A stretch of DNA of 42,030 nucleotides from Candidatus Daviesbacteria bacterium RIFCSPHIGHO2_01_FULL_40_11. GTDB taxonomy: Bacteria; Patescibacteriota; Microgenomatia; Daviesbacterales; UBA10151. Shown here in pieces: positions 24,486 through 32,115 of this stretch. The position numbers and the translations under genes are program-made. The number at the start of each line of letters is the position of its first letter. The first letter of the stretch is position 1. The notes below the pieces were generated by a model that searched no databases, was not told the DNA's origin, and saw nothing but the letters and a program-made list of their open reading frames with translations. Where the stretch lies: NCBI GenBank assembly GCA_001776635.1, contig MFCP01000021.1:1-42030 (forward strand). Reading direction: 5' to 3'.

Positions 24486-25676
24486 ATGAAAAAGTTACTA
24501 CTATTTCTTTTAGTATTTAGTTTTGTCACTTTTGTTTCCCTATACCCTATACCCTATACCCTATACCCTATTTATGCTCAGTCTACGGATGAACTAGCTC
24601 AGCAACTTAAGGACAAGCAAGCAGAAATTCAAAAACTGGAAGCTCAACTTGCCGAGGCTAAAAATCAAGAGAAAACCTTAAAATCCCAACTTAATCTCAT
24701 TGACGGACAAACTAAAGTTACCGAATTAAAAATCGAGGAAACAAATTTAAAAATAGAAAAACTCAAAAGAGAAATCTCTGATCTTTCAACAAGGATTAAC
24801 AGGATTGGTGCCACGCTGGATTCATTATCGGAAATTTTGCTTCAAAGAATCATTCAAACTTATAAATATAGTAATGCCGTTTCCACAATTGACCTCCTTT
24901 TCTCATCTCACGGATTCGCAGATTTGATAGAGAGGCTCAAGTATATCCAGGTTGCCCAAGCCTATGACAAGAAAAAATTATACGAACTTCAAGCCACAAA
25001 GCTTGCCTACAATGACCAAAAGCAGGATAAAGTAACCAGACAAACCGAGGCTGAAAAATTAAATAAGGATTTGGAAGTTTACAAACAACAACTTGACGAG
25101 CAAAAGAAAACTAAAGATGAGCTGCTGAAAGTTACAAAAAATGATGAAGCCCGCTACCAAACTTTAATAGTCCAACTCAAAGCTGATACAGATTCAATAA
25201 GACGCGCTTTAAGCGGAGCGGGTGTGAAAAAGGGACCCGTTAAAAGAGGGGAGACAATTGCCGTTGTAGGAAATTCAGGTTGTTCAACAGGATCGCATTT
25301 GCATTTTGAAGTAATGAACAATGCCAAGGTGGAAAATAATACGGTAGTTGGGCGTGAGAATAAAGTTGATCCAAAACCCTTTTTAGATTCAGGGCAATTT
25401 GAAAAACCCCTGGCAAGTTATGATGGCAGTGAATGCGGATCATCTTGTAGGGTAGGACAAATTAGTACTAAATTCGGGGAAATATACTTTTTAGGCGAAC
25501 ATAAGGGTTTAGATATAGCAGAATATGCCGGAACTCCAATTAGAGCCGCCGCTGATGGAGTAGCTTATGAATTTTCCGATTCAAGTGCCTGTTATTTAAC
25601 CGGAACGGTAGGGAGAGGTGTCGTGATAGACCACGACAATAGCGATTACGTAACTTTGTATTGGCATATCCCCTAG
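24486..25676 (+). CDS. Secreted coiled-coil M23/LytM peptidase (EnvC/PcsB-like FtsEX partner) with permuted M23 motif order
   Basis: 396 aa: signal peptide, then a ~200-aa heptad-rich coiled coil. GNSGCSTGSHLHFEV...VDP comes next, followed by HKGLDIAEYAGTPIRAAADGVA...VIDHDNSDYVTLYWHIP. Located directly after ftsEX. Confidence 0.85.
   Translation: MKKLLLFLLVFSFVTFVSLYPIPYTLYPIYAQSTDELAQQLKDKQAEIQKLEAQLAEAKNQEKTLKSQLNLIDGQTKVTELKIEETNLKIEKLKREISDLSTRINRIGATLDSLSEILLQRIIQTYKYSNAVSTIDLLFSSHGFADLIERLKYIQVAQAYDKKKLYELQATKLAYNDQKQDKVTRQTEAEKLNKDLEVYKQQLDEQKKTKDELLKVTKNDEARYQTLIVQLKADTDSIRRALSGAGVKKGPVKRGETIAVVGNSGCSTGSHLHFEVMNNAKVENNTVVGRENKVDPKPFLDSGQFEKPLASYDGSECGSSCRVGQISTKFGEIYFLGEHKGLDIAEYAGTPIRAAADGVAYEFSDSSACYLTGTVGRGVVIDHDNSDYVTLYWHIP
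24538..24572 (+). repeat. Heptanucleotide tandem repeat (CCCTATA) x4 perfect plus 1 copy at 6/7, inside the coding sequence
   Basis: ccctata ccctata ccctata ccctata ccctatt, read directly from the sequence. It encodes SLYPIPYTLYPIY at the end of the signal peptide. Confidence 0.95.
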
Positions 25677-25685
25677 TGTTACTAT
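25677..25685 (+). promoter_or_regulatory. Extended -10 for the surface-protein gene, embedded in the 3' end of the M23 gene
   Basis: TGtTACTAT, 6 nt, GTG(25692). The 9-mer is identical to the one at 32100-32108. Confidence 0.45.
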
Positions 25686-25691
25686 AAAGAT

Positions 25692-26810
25692 GTGTTGGCA
25701 ATCTTTCTGGGACTGCTAAGTTTATTGGTTTTTGCTAAACCAGTTATAGCTGGAGAACCGCCAACCCAGATAAGTCCTAGTAACAATTCTACTGTTTCCT
25801 CTTCAACTCTTAATTGGCAAGCCCCCTCGTATCAACTTTACTCCCCAAATCCTTACAGAGTGCAAGTTGATGACGATTCAACATTCTCAAGTTTAAACAA
25901 GGATTATTACACTAATAATACTTATTACACTCCTACTCTAAATCCAGGAACTTGGTTTTGGAGAATAAAAGCAAAGGATATATCTGGCACATGGAGCGAT
26001 TGGAGTGCTACCTGGTCATTTATTTTAGCAACCTCAATGCCTTCGTCTTCTCCAACCCCATCAGTACCACCTAATCAATCGCCATCCTCAACTCCTCCGC
26101 CTTCCTCCGTATCCCAACCTACATCCTCCTTTGTAATTTCAAACACTCCATCCCAAATAGATTCCGATCAATCTTTTAACGTCTCCATAAGTTTATCATT
26201 ACCTGATAGTCATAATACTGACTTATATCTGAAGGGAGCTTTTAAGAAACCAGACAGTTCTAATTACTTTGGACAAACAAAAGTTTCGGGGAGCTGGGTA
26301 AAAAATGGTAGTAGTTATTCCAGTCAATATCCCATTACCACAGATAGCTCAGGCAATTGGTCGGGCAATTTAGAGATACAACCTGATAGTGACGATTCTG
26401 GTTTTACCGGAACCGGCGACTACATCTTTAAAGTAGGCAGATACACCTCTTCCGGCTCAGGCCCTACTTGGAGTAATGAATCAACCATTAAAATAATATC
26501 TCTCGGAAACAATGACCAGGACAGTGTTTCAACAAACAGCCCCTCCTCTACAACCAACCCATCCACCTCTCCATCGTCTGTTAAGACAAAGACAACCAGT
26601 TCAAGTCAATCGAAAAGTTACGATACACTTGTCTATCGTAGTGCCTCCGTAGCCGGAGCGAGTGCATCTGCCATACCGGAATCTAAAATTGAAGTTAAAA
26701 ATCAAAAACAGACAAATCCAATGGTTTGGATCGGATTAATTTTCATATTTGCCGGAATCGGGTCAATAGGATATATTTACTTAAAGAAAAATGGCAAAAT
26801 ACCTTTCTAG
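25692..26810 (+). CDS. Surface protein: signal peptide, FN3-like beta-sandwich, Ser/Pro/Thr-rich linkers, C-terminal TM anchor
   Basis: 372 aa with a GTG start. Motifs: PSNNSTVSSSTLNWQAP...YRVQVDDDSTFSS...GTWFWRIKAKDISGTWSDWS. It has S/P/T-rich low-complexity stretches and ends MVWIGLIFIFAGIGSIGYIYLKK. Confidence 0.7.
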   Translation: MLAIFLGLLSLLVFAKPVIAGEPPTQISPSNNSTVSSSTLNWQAPSYQLYSPNPYRVQVDDDSTFSSLNKDYYTNNTYYTPTLNPGTWFWRIKAKDISGTWSDWSATWSFILATSMPSSSPTPSVPPNQSPSSTPPPSSVSQPTSSFVISNTPSQIDSDQSFNVSISLSLPDSHNTDLYLKGAFKKPDSSNYFGQTKVSGSWVKNGSSYSSQYPITTDSSGNWSGNLEIQPDSDDSGFTGTGDYIFKVGRYTSSGSGPTWSNESTIKIISLGNNDQDSVSTNSPSSTTNPSTSPSSVKTKTTSSSQSKSYDTLVYRSASVAGASASAIPESKIEVKNQKQTNPMVWIGLIFIFAGIGSIGYIYLKKNGKIPF

Positions 26811-27225
26811 CTCGGAAAAGCAGACACAACAAATAGCACGGCAATTGGCAAAAATGGTTCGACAAGCTCACCATAAAAGAAAGGTATTTGCTTTAACCGG
26901 CGAGCTCGGAGCCGGCAAGACTATTTTTGTCCAGGGATTTGCAAAAGGATTAGGAATTAAAGACAAAATTATCTCACCTACTTTTATTTTAATCAGGCAA
27001 CATAAAATTCCTGATACAACACAAACTCTTTATCATATAGACCTGTACCGCTTAGAGGATACGAAAGATTTTAGACATATGGGACTTAAAGAAATTTTAT
27101 CAGATCCAAATAATATTGTTTTAATTGAATGGGCAGAAAAAGCAAAAGAACTTTTGCCAAAAAATACTGTCAAGATAAACATCTCTAAAGGGGACGACCA
27201 AAATAGAGTCATTGCTATTTCTTAA
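26791..27225 (+). CDS. tsaE: tRNA t6A biosynthesis ATPase TsaE
   Basis: 144 aa. P-loop LTGELGAGKT, SPTFILI, YHIDLYRL, IEWAE. Confidence 0.85.
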   Translation: MAKYLSSSEKQTQQIARQLAKMVRQAHHKRKVFALTGELGAGKTIFVQGFAKGLGIKDKIISPTFILIRQHKIPDTTQTLYHIDLYRLEDTKDFRHMGLKEILSDPNNIVLIEWAEKAKELLPKNTVKINISKGDDQNRVIAIS

Positions 27226-28744
27226 CCTCACGCCTTACTTCAAGCTCTAAAGAACCTAACATTTCTTTTGAAACAAATTCCATATCTTTAAAATCATTTT
27301 CCCAAGCCTGTCTCATTTGGATTCTGTCCGGTTCCTTTATTAAGAATATGAGTCCCGAGAAATTGTCTTTTACGCCTTGGAATTTTTCTTGACTTGGAAT
27401 GTAGGTTGGTTTATTGGGAGAATAAACATATTCCCCCGGAATATATCCATATTTTTTCTGCCCATACCACCAAAAAAGATACTGATACGGATAATCATAA
27501 ACCGAAGGCAGATAAGTATATACTTTAAAGTTTTGCCCCGCTGCTTTTTGATAAACATAATCTATAGCCGATATTTCATTCTTATATAACGAAGGGTCCA
27601 AATTAGGTTTTCCCAAGTCGTTTAGAAAAAAGTTGCCAATATTGAGTAGTCCAAACCAGACAATTGAAATCGAAAGAGCAACAGATATCAATTTGCTAAC
27701 TATCCTTCCCTCCATGAGTTTTTTAAGAAGATATGCTATCAATATTAGCGAGACCGCCATATCTCCCCCCAAATGCCAAGGATTAACAGTAACAGGTAAA
27801 ATTAGGTAACCAAGAAAGGGAACAGCAATAAAAATCATACTAACGTAAACTAACTTATCTTTCTTTGCTTCTTTTATAAAATTGTAAGCTAAAGGAACAG
27901 AAAGAAGTAGGATTATACCGGTAAACATTTTATGGTTCATCAGTATCGGCAAAAATGTGTCATAAAAACTGGAGGCAATAACTTGGAAACGATTCAAAAA
28001 GTTGAATCCATTACCGGAATTTTCCGACAAGTGCCTCAAAATTGCCCTACTCATTATAAATTGATGTCTTAAGTCAAAAATAATTTGTGGCAACAAAGTT
28101 AATGCAAAAGCGCCAACTCCTACCCAAAACCCTTTTTGTTTCAGAAGCTTTAAATTTTTTGTCAAAATTACACTAGCAAGGATTATTAATGGGATAAATA
28201 TTCCAAAATTCATCTCGAAATTAAAAAACAATCCGCCTAAAAACCAAGCAGAGATTACGTAAATTACCTTTCCATTTTCTAAATATTTAACTAATAAATA
28301 GATAAATAAAGGCGAAAGGAGCGTTACCGGATTTGGGTTAAAAGCATAAAGGTTAGTTAAAACTATGTAGTTTGAGGCAATCCAGATAGCACCTATGGGT
28401 ATTACCAGAAAGCTACTCCATCTGTTCACTAACTTCAGCAGGAAAAATCCCCCAATTGCCCAAAGCAGAATCTCCATTAAAATCGAAGTATACGGGTCAC
28501 CCCCTGAAAGCACAAAGGGTATTGCGAGTAAATAATACCATGCCGGGCCGTTATAAAAACCCTCGATTGCAGACGTCGGACCTATAAGCCGCAGTTTTGG
28601 TAAAACTACCATCTCCCTTACATCAACCATATCCCGGGCATTATCCATGTTAAAAAGAAAATTCCCGTTTGCTGTTAACGCCAGCCGGTACAAAATACCA
28701 ATAAATAAAATTACCAGGACAACAATTGTGAGATTTCTACTCAT
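27215..28744 (-). CDS. GT-C-type membrane glycosyltransferase-like protein (D-x-x-RD / LIGP-TS family), tandem paralog
   Basis: 509 aa and polytopic. Motifs: FNMDNARDMVDVREM...LRLIGPTSAIEGFYNGPAWYYLLAIP. C-terminal domain with FWWYGQKKYGYIPGEY. Confidence 0.7.
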   Translation of the reverse strand: MSRNLTIVVLVILFIGILYRLALTANGNFLFNMDNARDMVDVREMVVLPKLRLIGPTSAIEGFYNGPAWYYLLAIPFVLSGGDPYTSILMEILLWAIGGFFLLKLVNRWSSFLVIPIGAIWIASNYIVLTNLYAFNPNPVTLLSPLFIYLLVKYLENGKVIYVISAWFLGGLFFNFEMNFGIFIPLIILASVILTKNLKLLKQKGFWVGVGAFALTLLPQIIFDLRHQFIMSRAILRHLSENSGNGFNFLNRFQVIASSFYDTFLPILMNHKMFTGIILLLSVPLAYNFIKEAKKDKLVYVSMIFIAVPFLGYLILPVTVNPWHLGGDMAVSLILIAYLLKKLMEGRIVSKLISVALSISIVWFGLLNIGNFFLNDLGKPNLDPSLYKNEISAIDYVYQKAAGQNFKVYTYLPSVYDYPYQYLFWWYGQKKYGYIPGEYVYSPNKPTYIPSQEKFQGVKDNFSGLIFLIKEPDRIQMRQAWENDFKDMEFVSKEMLGSLELEVRREVKK

Positions 28745-30227
28745 TTGTTTTTGGGACCCTTACTTGCAGTTTAATAGAACCATAACTTATCTCTTTAGTC
28801 AATTTTGTTTTACTGTTCTCCGTATCCGACTCTTCATTGTAAAATCTTGGCGGGATCCCATCAGCAGGCTCCATTATTAAAAATGATTTATCTTGTGGTT
28901 TATCAATTTTTTTCAAAGACTCAACCCCTAATAAACCAACCTGGTCATGGCCGTAAAATGCTGGAACATACCCATATTTACCTTTACCATACCAGGAATA
29001 CAGATAAGCCCAAGTGGTATTGGTCCAAAGGGGGAGAGTAACAGTATTGATTGAGAAGGCGCTGCCTGATGCCTCTTTGTATGTTTCATCAATTAAACTC
29101 AATTGATTTTTTAAATTCATATCATTTGGAATGACCAAAATAACTTGACCATCGGGATTATACTTAAAAATTGCTGCCAGATTGGAAAGCAGGCTTAAAA
29201 AAATAACTGCAAAAACCAGTATCTTACTAACCCTCCAAATACTCCGAAGCAACACTACAACCGCTAGAATTGCCGGAGTTGAGAGTCCGATATTTGCATA
29301 AGTGTTTGTATGCCCACCAAATAAAAATATGGGAATATTCGAGAAAAGATAGAAGTAAAGTATGCGCTCCTTTCTAATGAAATAGACAACAACAAAAGAG
29401 AGAACCCCTCCTAATAAAACGTTCGTAGGGAAGAAATTAAATGTAAAGATTTCTGTAAACCTATTAATATAATTATGGAATAACTCATCAAATTGGGGTC
29501 TAAAATCAATCTGTCCGGCTGTCCCGATATTAGAAAAACCAAGAAATATTTTTTCAAAAGTTTTAAATTTAACTGCTGCAACAAAAAAGTTAATTAGCCC
29601 CAAAAGGGCAACTAGGCAAGATATACCGATTACTTTTGGGTGCGTTTTGATTTTAAAAATAATTCCAAATATCGGGATTAAGAAAAAAAGATAAATCAGG
29701 AAAAATTGAAATTGGGTAGACAGTGCAGCTAAAAGAGTAGCTAAATACAATCCATAAGTTTTACCTTTCTGCCACTCTCGTAAGAACAGAAAGAATAGGG
29801 CAATAGTGAATACCGCAGGAGCAGGATTGGAAATCCAAGAGGCATATTGGGTTGCCTCAAAAGATACCACAAAAAGAAATCCAGCAAGAATAGCCCATTT
29901 AGTACTCTTAAAAAGATCCTTAGCCAAAATTACGATCGGGATGATCACAATGGAATTGAGAAATGATAGGAAAATCGCCACGACCCTAGGATCTCCTTGA
30001 CCCAACATGTAAAAAGGAGCAATCAGATAATAATAAAAAATACCGTGGTAAAGCCCCGATGTTGAAGTCGGAGGACCTAAAACTTTTAAGTCATGATTTT
30101 TCCAAATCTGCTCTGCTTCATAGGCATCCCTCGCCATATCATAATGAAACGACACACCTCCCTGGTAGATAAAGAGTATCCTGATAATAAATGCCAGTAT
30201 TACCAACACAAAAATTGCCTTAATCAT
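28737..30227 (-). CDS. GT-C-type membrane glycosyltransferase-like protein (D-x-x-RD / LIGP-TS family), tandem paralog
   Basis: Motifs: FHYDMARDAYEAEQIW...LKVLGPPTSTSGLYHGIFYYYLIAPF, and C-terminal YSWYGKGKYGYVPAFY. I prefer the ATG at 30227 (MIKAIF...), supported by TTGCAA, 17 nt, TACATT, then 7 nt. The ORF track uses the TTG at 30263, which lies inside that -35. Confidence 0.7.
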   Translation of the reverse strand: MIKAIFVLVILAFIIRILFIYQGGVSFHYDMARDAYEAEQIWKNHDLKVLGPPTSTSGLYHGIFYYYLIAPFYMLGQGDPRVVAIFLSFLNSIVIIPIVILAKDLFKSTKWAILAGFLFVVSFEATQYASWISNPAPAVFTIALFFLFLREWQKGKTYGLYLATLLAALSTQFQFFLIYLFFLIPIFGIIFKIKTHPKVIGISCLVALLGLINFFVAAVKFKTFEKIFLGFSNIGTAGQIDFRPQFDELFHNYINRFTEIFTFNFFPTNVLLGGVLSFVVVYFIRKERILYFYLFSNIPIFLFGGHTNTYANIGLSTPAILAVVVLLRSIWRVSKILVFAVIFLSLLSNLAAIFKYNPDGQVILVIPNDMNLKNQLSLIDETYKEASGSAFSINTVTLPLWTNTTWAYLYSWYGKGKYGYVPAFYGHDQVGLLGVESLKKIDKPQDKSFLIMEPADGIPPRFYNEESDTENSKTKLTKEISYGSIKLQVRVPKTNE

Positions 30228-30234
30228 CACCTCT

Positions 30235-30263
30235 AATGTAACCACACTAAACTTTTTTTGCAA
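30235..30263 (-). promoter_or_regulatory. Promoter of the tandem GT-C pair
   Basis: Minus strand: TTGCAA, 17 nt, TACATT, 7 nt, ATG(30227). Confidence 0.5.
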
Positions 30264-30310
30264 TCCTCCCTTTTTGTCATTCTGATCCGGCTTTGTCGGA
30301 GAAGAATCTG

Positions 30311-30319
30311 TGTTAAAAT
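30311..30319 (+). promoter_or_regulatory. Extended -10 for galE
   Basis: TGtTAAAAT, 7 nt, ATG(30327). Confidence 0.5.
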
Positions 30320-30326
30320 TAATCTC

Positions 30327-31247
30327 ATGAGGGTTTTAGTTACAGGTGGGGCCGGATTCATCGGATCCCATGTCAATAAATTACTGCTGGATCAGGGGCA
30401 TTCAGTTACAGTTGTTGATGACCTATCAAAAGGACACCAAGACTCCATAGATGCTAGGGTAGATTTTCACCAAATTGGCCTTGAAAACCAGGAGGAACTT
30501 GAAAAAATTCTGCCGGGCCACGACGGCGTTATCCACATGGCTTCTTTTATAGAAGTTGGCGAGTCGGTTAAAAAACCGGTGGAGTTTGCTCAGAATAATA
30601 TTGTAGGAACTGTGAAATTACTTGAGGCCATGAAAAATGCTAACGTAAAAAAAATGATTTTTTCCTCAAGTGCTTGTGTTTATGGCAAACCTGAAAAATT
30701 GCCTATCACGGAAGAAGATCCTTTAGGAGAGCAAGAAAATCCGTATGGAATAACCAAAGTAACTATGGAAGAGTTTTGCAAGCTATTCCATACCCTACAC
30801 AATTTTGATGTTACAATTCTTCGTTACTTTAACCCCTACGGCCCGGGTGAGCTACATGAGCCGGAAACCCATGCCATCCCTAACTTTGTAAAATCAGCTC
30901 TTACTAAAACCCCGATTCCCTTATTTTGGAAAGGTGAACAAATTAGGGATTTTATTTTCATTGATGATTTGGCCCAGGCCCATATCCTGGCTCTAACCCT
31001 GACAGGATTACATATATATAATGTAGGAACGGAAAGCGGGGTAAAAGTCGCTGATGTCGTAAAGCAGATTTTTGAAATTGTCGGGTACGAAGTTCCTATA
31101 GATGATAAAGGAGAAAGAAAGGGTGATGTGCCGGCTTTAGTTGCATCATCTGAAAAACTCAAAAAAGAATTGGGCTGGAACGCAAAAGTAAACCTAGAAG
31201 AGGGCCTTAAAAAAACCATCGAATTCTTCAAAAATCAAAACCTTTAA
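30327..31247 (+). CDS. galE: UDP-glucose 4-epimerase-like NAD-dependent epimerase
   Basis: MRVLVTGGAGFIGSH, SSSACVYG, YGITKVTME (YxxxK), RYFNPYGPG. I prefer the ATG at 30327, with TGtTAAAAT 7 nt upstream. The ORF-track N-terminal extension (from 30258) is implausible. Confidence 0.8.
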   Translation: MRVLVTGGAGFIGSHVNKLLLDQGHSVTVVDDLSKGHQDSIDARVDFHQIGLENQEELEKILPGHDGVIHMASFIEVGESVKKPVEFAQNNIVGTVKLLEAMKNANVKKMIFSSSACVYGKPEKLPITEEDPLGEQENPYGITKVTMEEFCKLFHTLHNFDVTILRYFNPYGPGELHEPETHAIPNFVKSALTKTPIPLFWKGEQIRDFIFIDDLAQAHILALTLTGLHIYNVGTESGVKVADVVKQIFEIVGYEVPIDDKGERKGDVPALVASSEKLKKELGWNAKVNLEEGLKKTIEFFKNQNL

Positions 31248-31248
31248 T

Positions 31249-31284
31249 GGTTCCATTTTTTCGCAATAGCGAAATTATGGTACC
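31249..31284. terminator. Hairpin between convergent galE and the CofE-like gene (possible bidirectional terminator)
   Basis: Arms ggttccattttttcgc / gcgaaattatggtacc pair at 13 of 16 positions, with loop aata. It starts 2 nt after the galE stop. Confidence 0.45.
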
Positions 31285-31298
31285 TTTCTAAAAGGTCT

Positions 31299-32054
31299 CT
31301 ATCTATTCCCTCCACCGCCTTTTTTCCAAGGGACTGCAGATAAAAAAGGATAAAATAAGTCTTCTTTCTCGGGAATTTCAAAACTATCATCGGAAGTTTT
31401 GGGTTTAAATTCTTTATCAATAAATTCTATATATGGGATATCTGTAATAATAGCCAAGGGTTGTTGTTCTACCCCTTCCCCCATCTCTAAAACTGCTGCC
31501 GTTGCCAGACAGTCCGCTATATCGGTTGTTTCCATTTCAAACCGGCGGCCAAATAAATCTACCATCCCCCGGTAATCCTTTAGCGGCTTAAATCCAAAAT
31601 ATGAAATTGCCATCCCCAAAACTCCCCTCCTTAAAGGGGTTACCCGGGAATCGGTAATAATAACTCCTAGGTTTTTAAGCTGGAATTTTTTCCTTAAAAA
31701 CTGCCAAATCTTTCTTGCTGAAAATGCCGGATTTTTCGGCCACAGGATATAGTAACCGTCGGCGTTACTTTCATCAATCCCGGCAGTTGCTACCAATAAG
31801 TTATTTTTAATTGTATATATGGTCCATTTATTTAGTGAAAGTTCTCTCGGCAAATATTTATCTGATTCCTGAGCAATGAGTTCATCTTTAGCAATGCTGC
31901 CTATTGGAATACAGCGCTCTTCCCCAATTGCCACCACCTTAGAAGTCACCGCCACGACTGAGCGTTCTTTTAAAGTTTTTATTGCAGAGAGCAAATCCCA
32001 TAAATTATCTTTTGGCGGTAAAAATTTTCTTGTCGTAATTGCTTGAACTTTCAT
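31299..32054 (-). CDS. CofE-family (F420-0:gamma-glutamyl ligase-like) protein
   Basis: Motifs: VVAVTSKVVAIGEER, ATAGIDESNADG, VIITDSRVTPLRRGVLGMAISYFG, TDIADCLATAAVLEMGEG. I prefer the ATG at 32054 (MKVQAIT), with TGaTAGACT 8 nt upstream. Confidence 0.75.
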   Translation of the reverse strand: MKVQAITTRKFLPPKDNLWDLLSAIKTLKERSVVAVTSKVVAIGEERCIPIGSIAKDELIAQESDKYLPRELSLNKWTIYTIKNNLLVATAGIDESNADGYYILWPKNPAFSARKIWQFLRKKFQLKNLGVIITDSRVTPLRRGVLGMAISYFGFKPLKDYRGMVDLFGRRFEMETTDIADCLATAAVLEMGEGVEQQPLAIITDIPYIEFIDKEFKPKTSDDSFEIPEKEDLFYPFLSAVPWKKGGGGNR

Positions 32055-32062
32055 AGACCCAA

Positions 32063-32071
32063 AGTCTATCA
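32063..32071 (-). promoter_or_regulatory. Extended -10 for the CofE-like gene
   Basis: Minus strand: TGaTAGACT, 8 nt, ATG(32054). Confidence 0.45.
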
Positions 32072-32079
32072 GGAAGCGA

Positions 32080-32108
32080 TTGCACATTCAAATCGCAACT
32101 GTTACTAT
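32080..32108 (+). promoter_or_regulatory. Promoter of the 32116 GT-C gene
   Basis: TTGCAC, 17 nt (spacer ends in TGt), TACTAT, 7 nt, ATG(32116). Confidence 0.5.
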
Positions 32109-32115
32109 CATTTAG

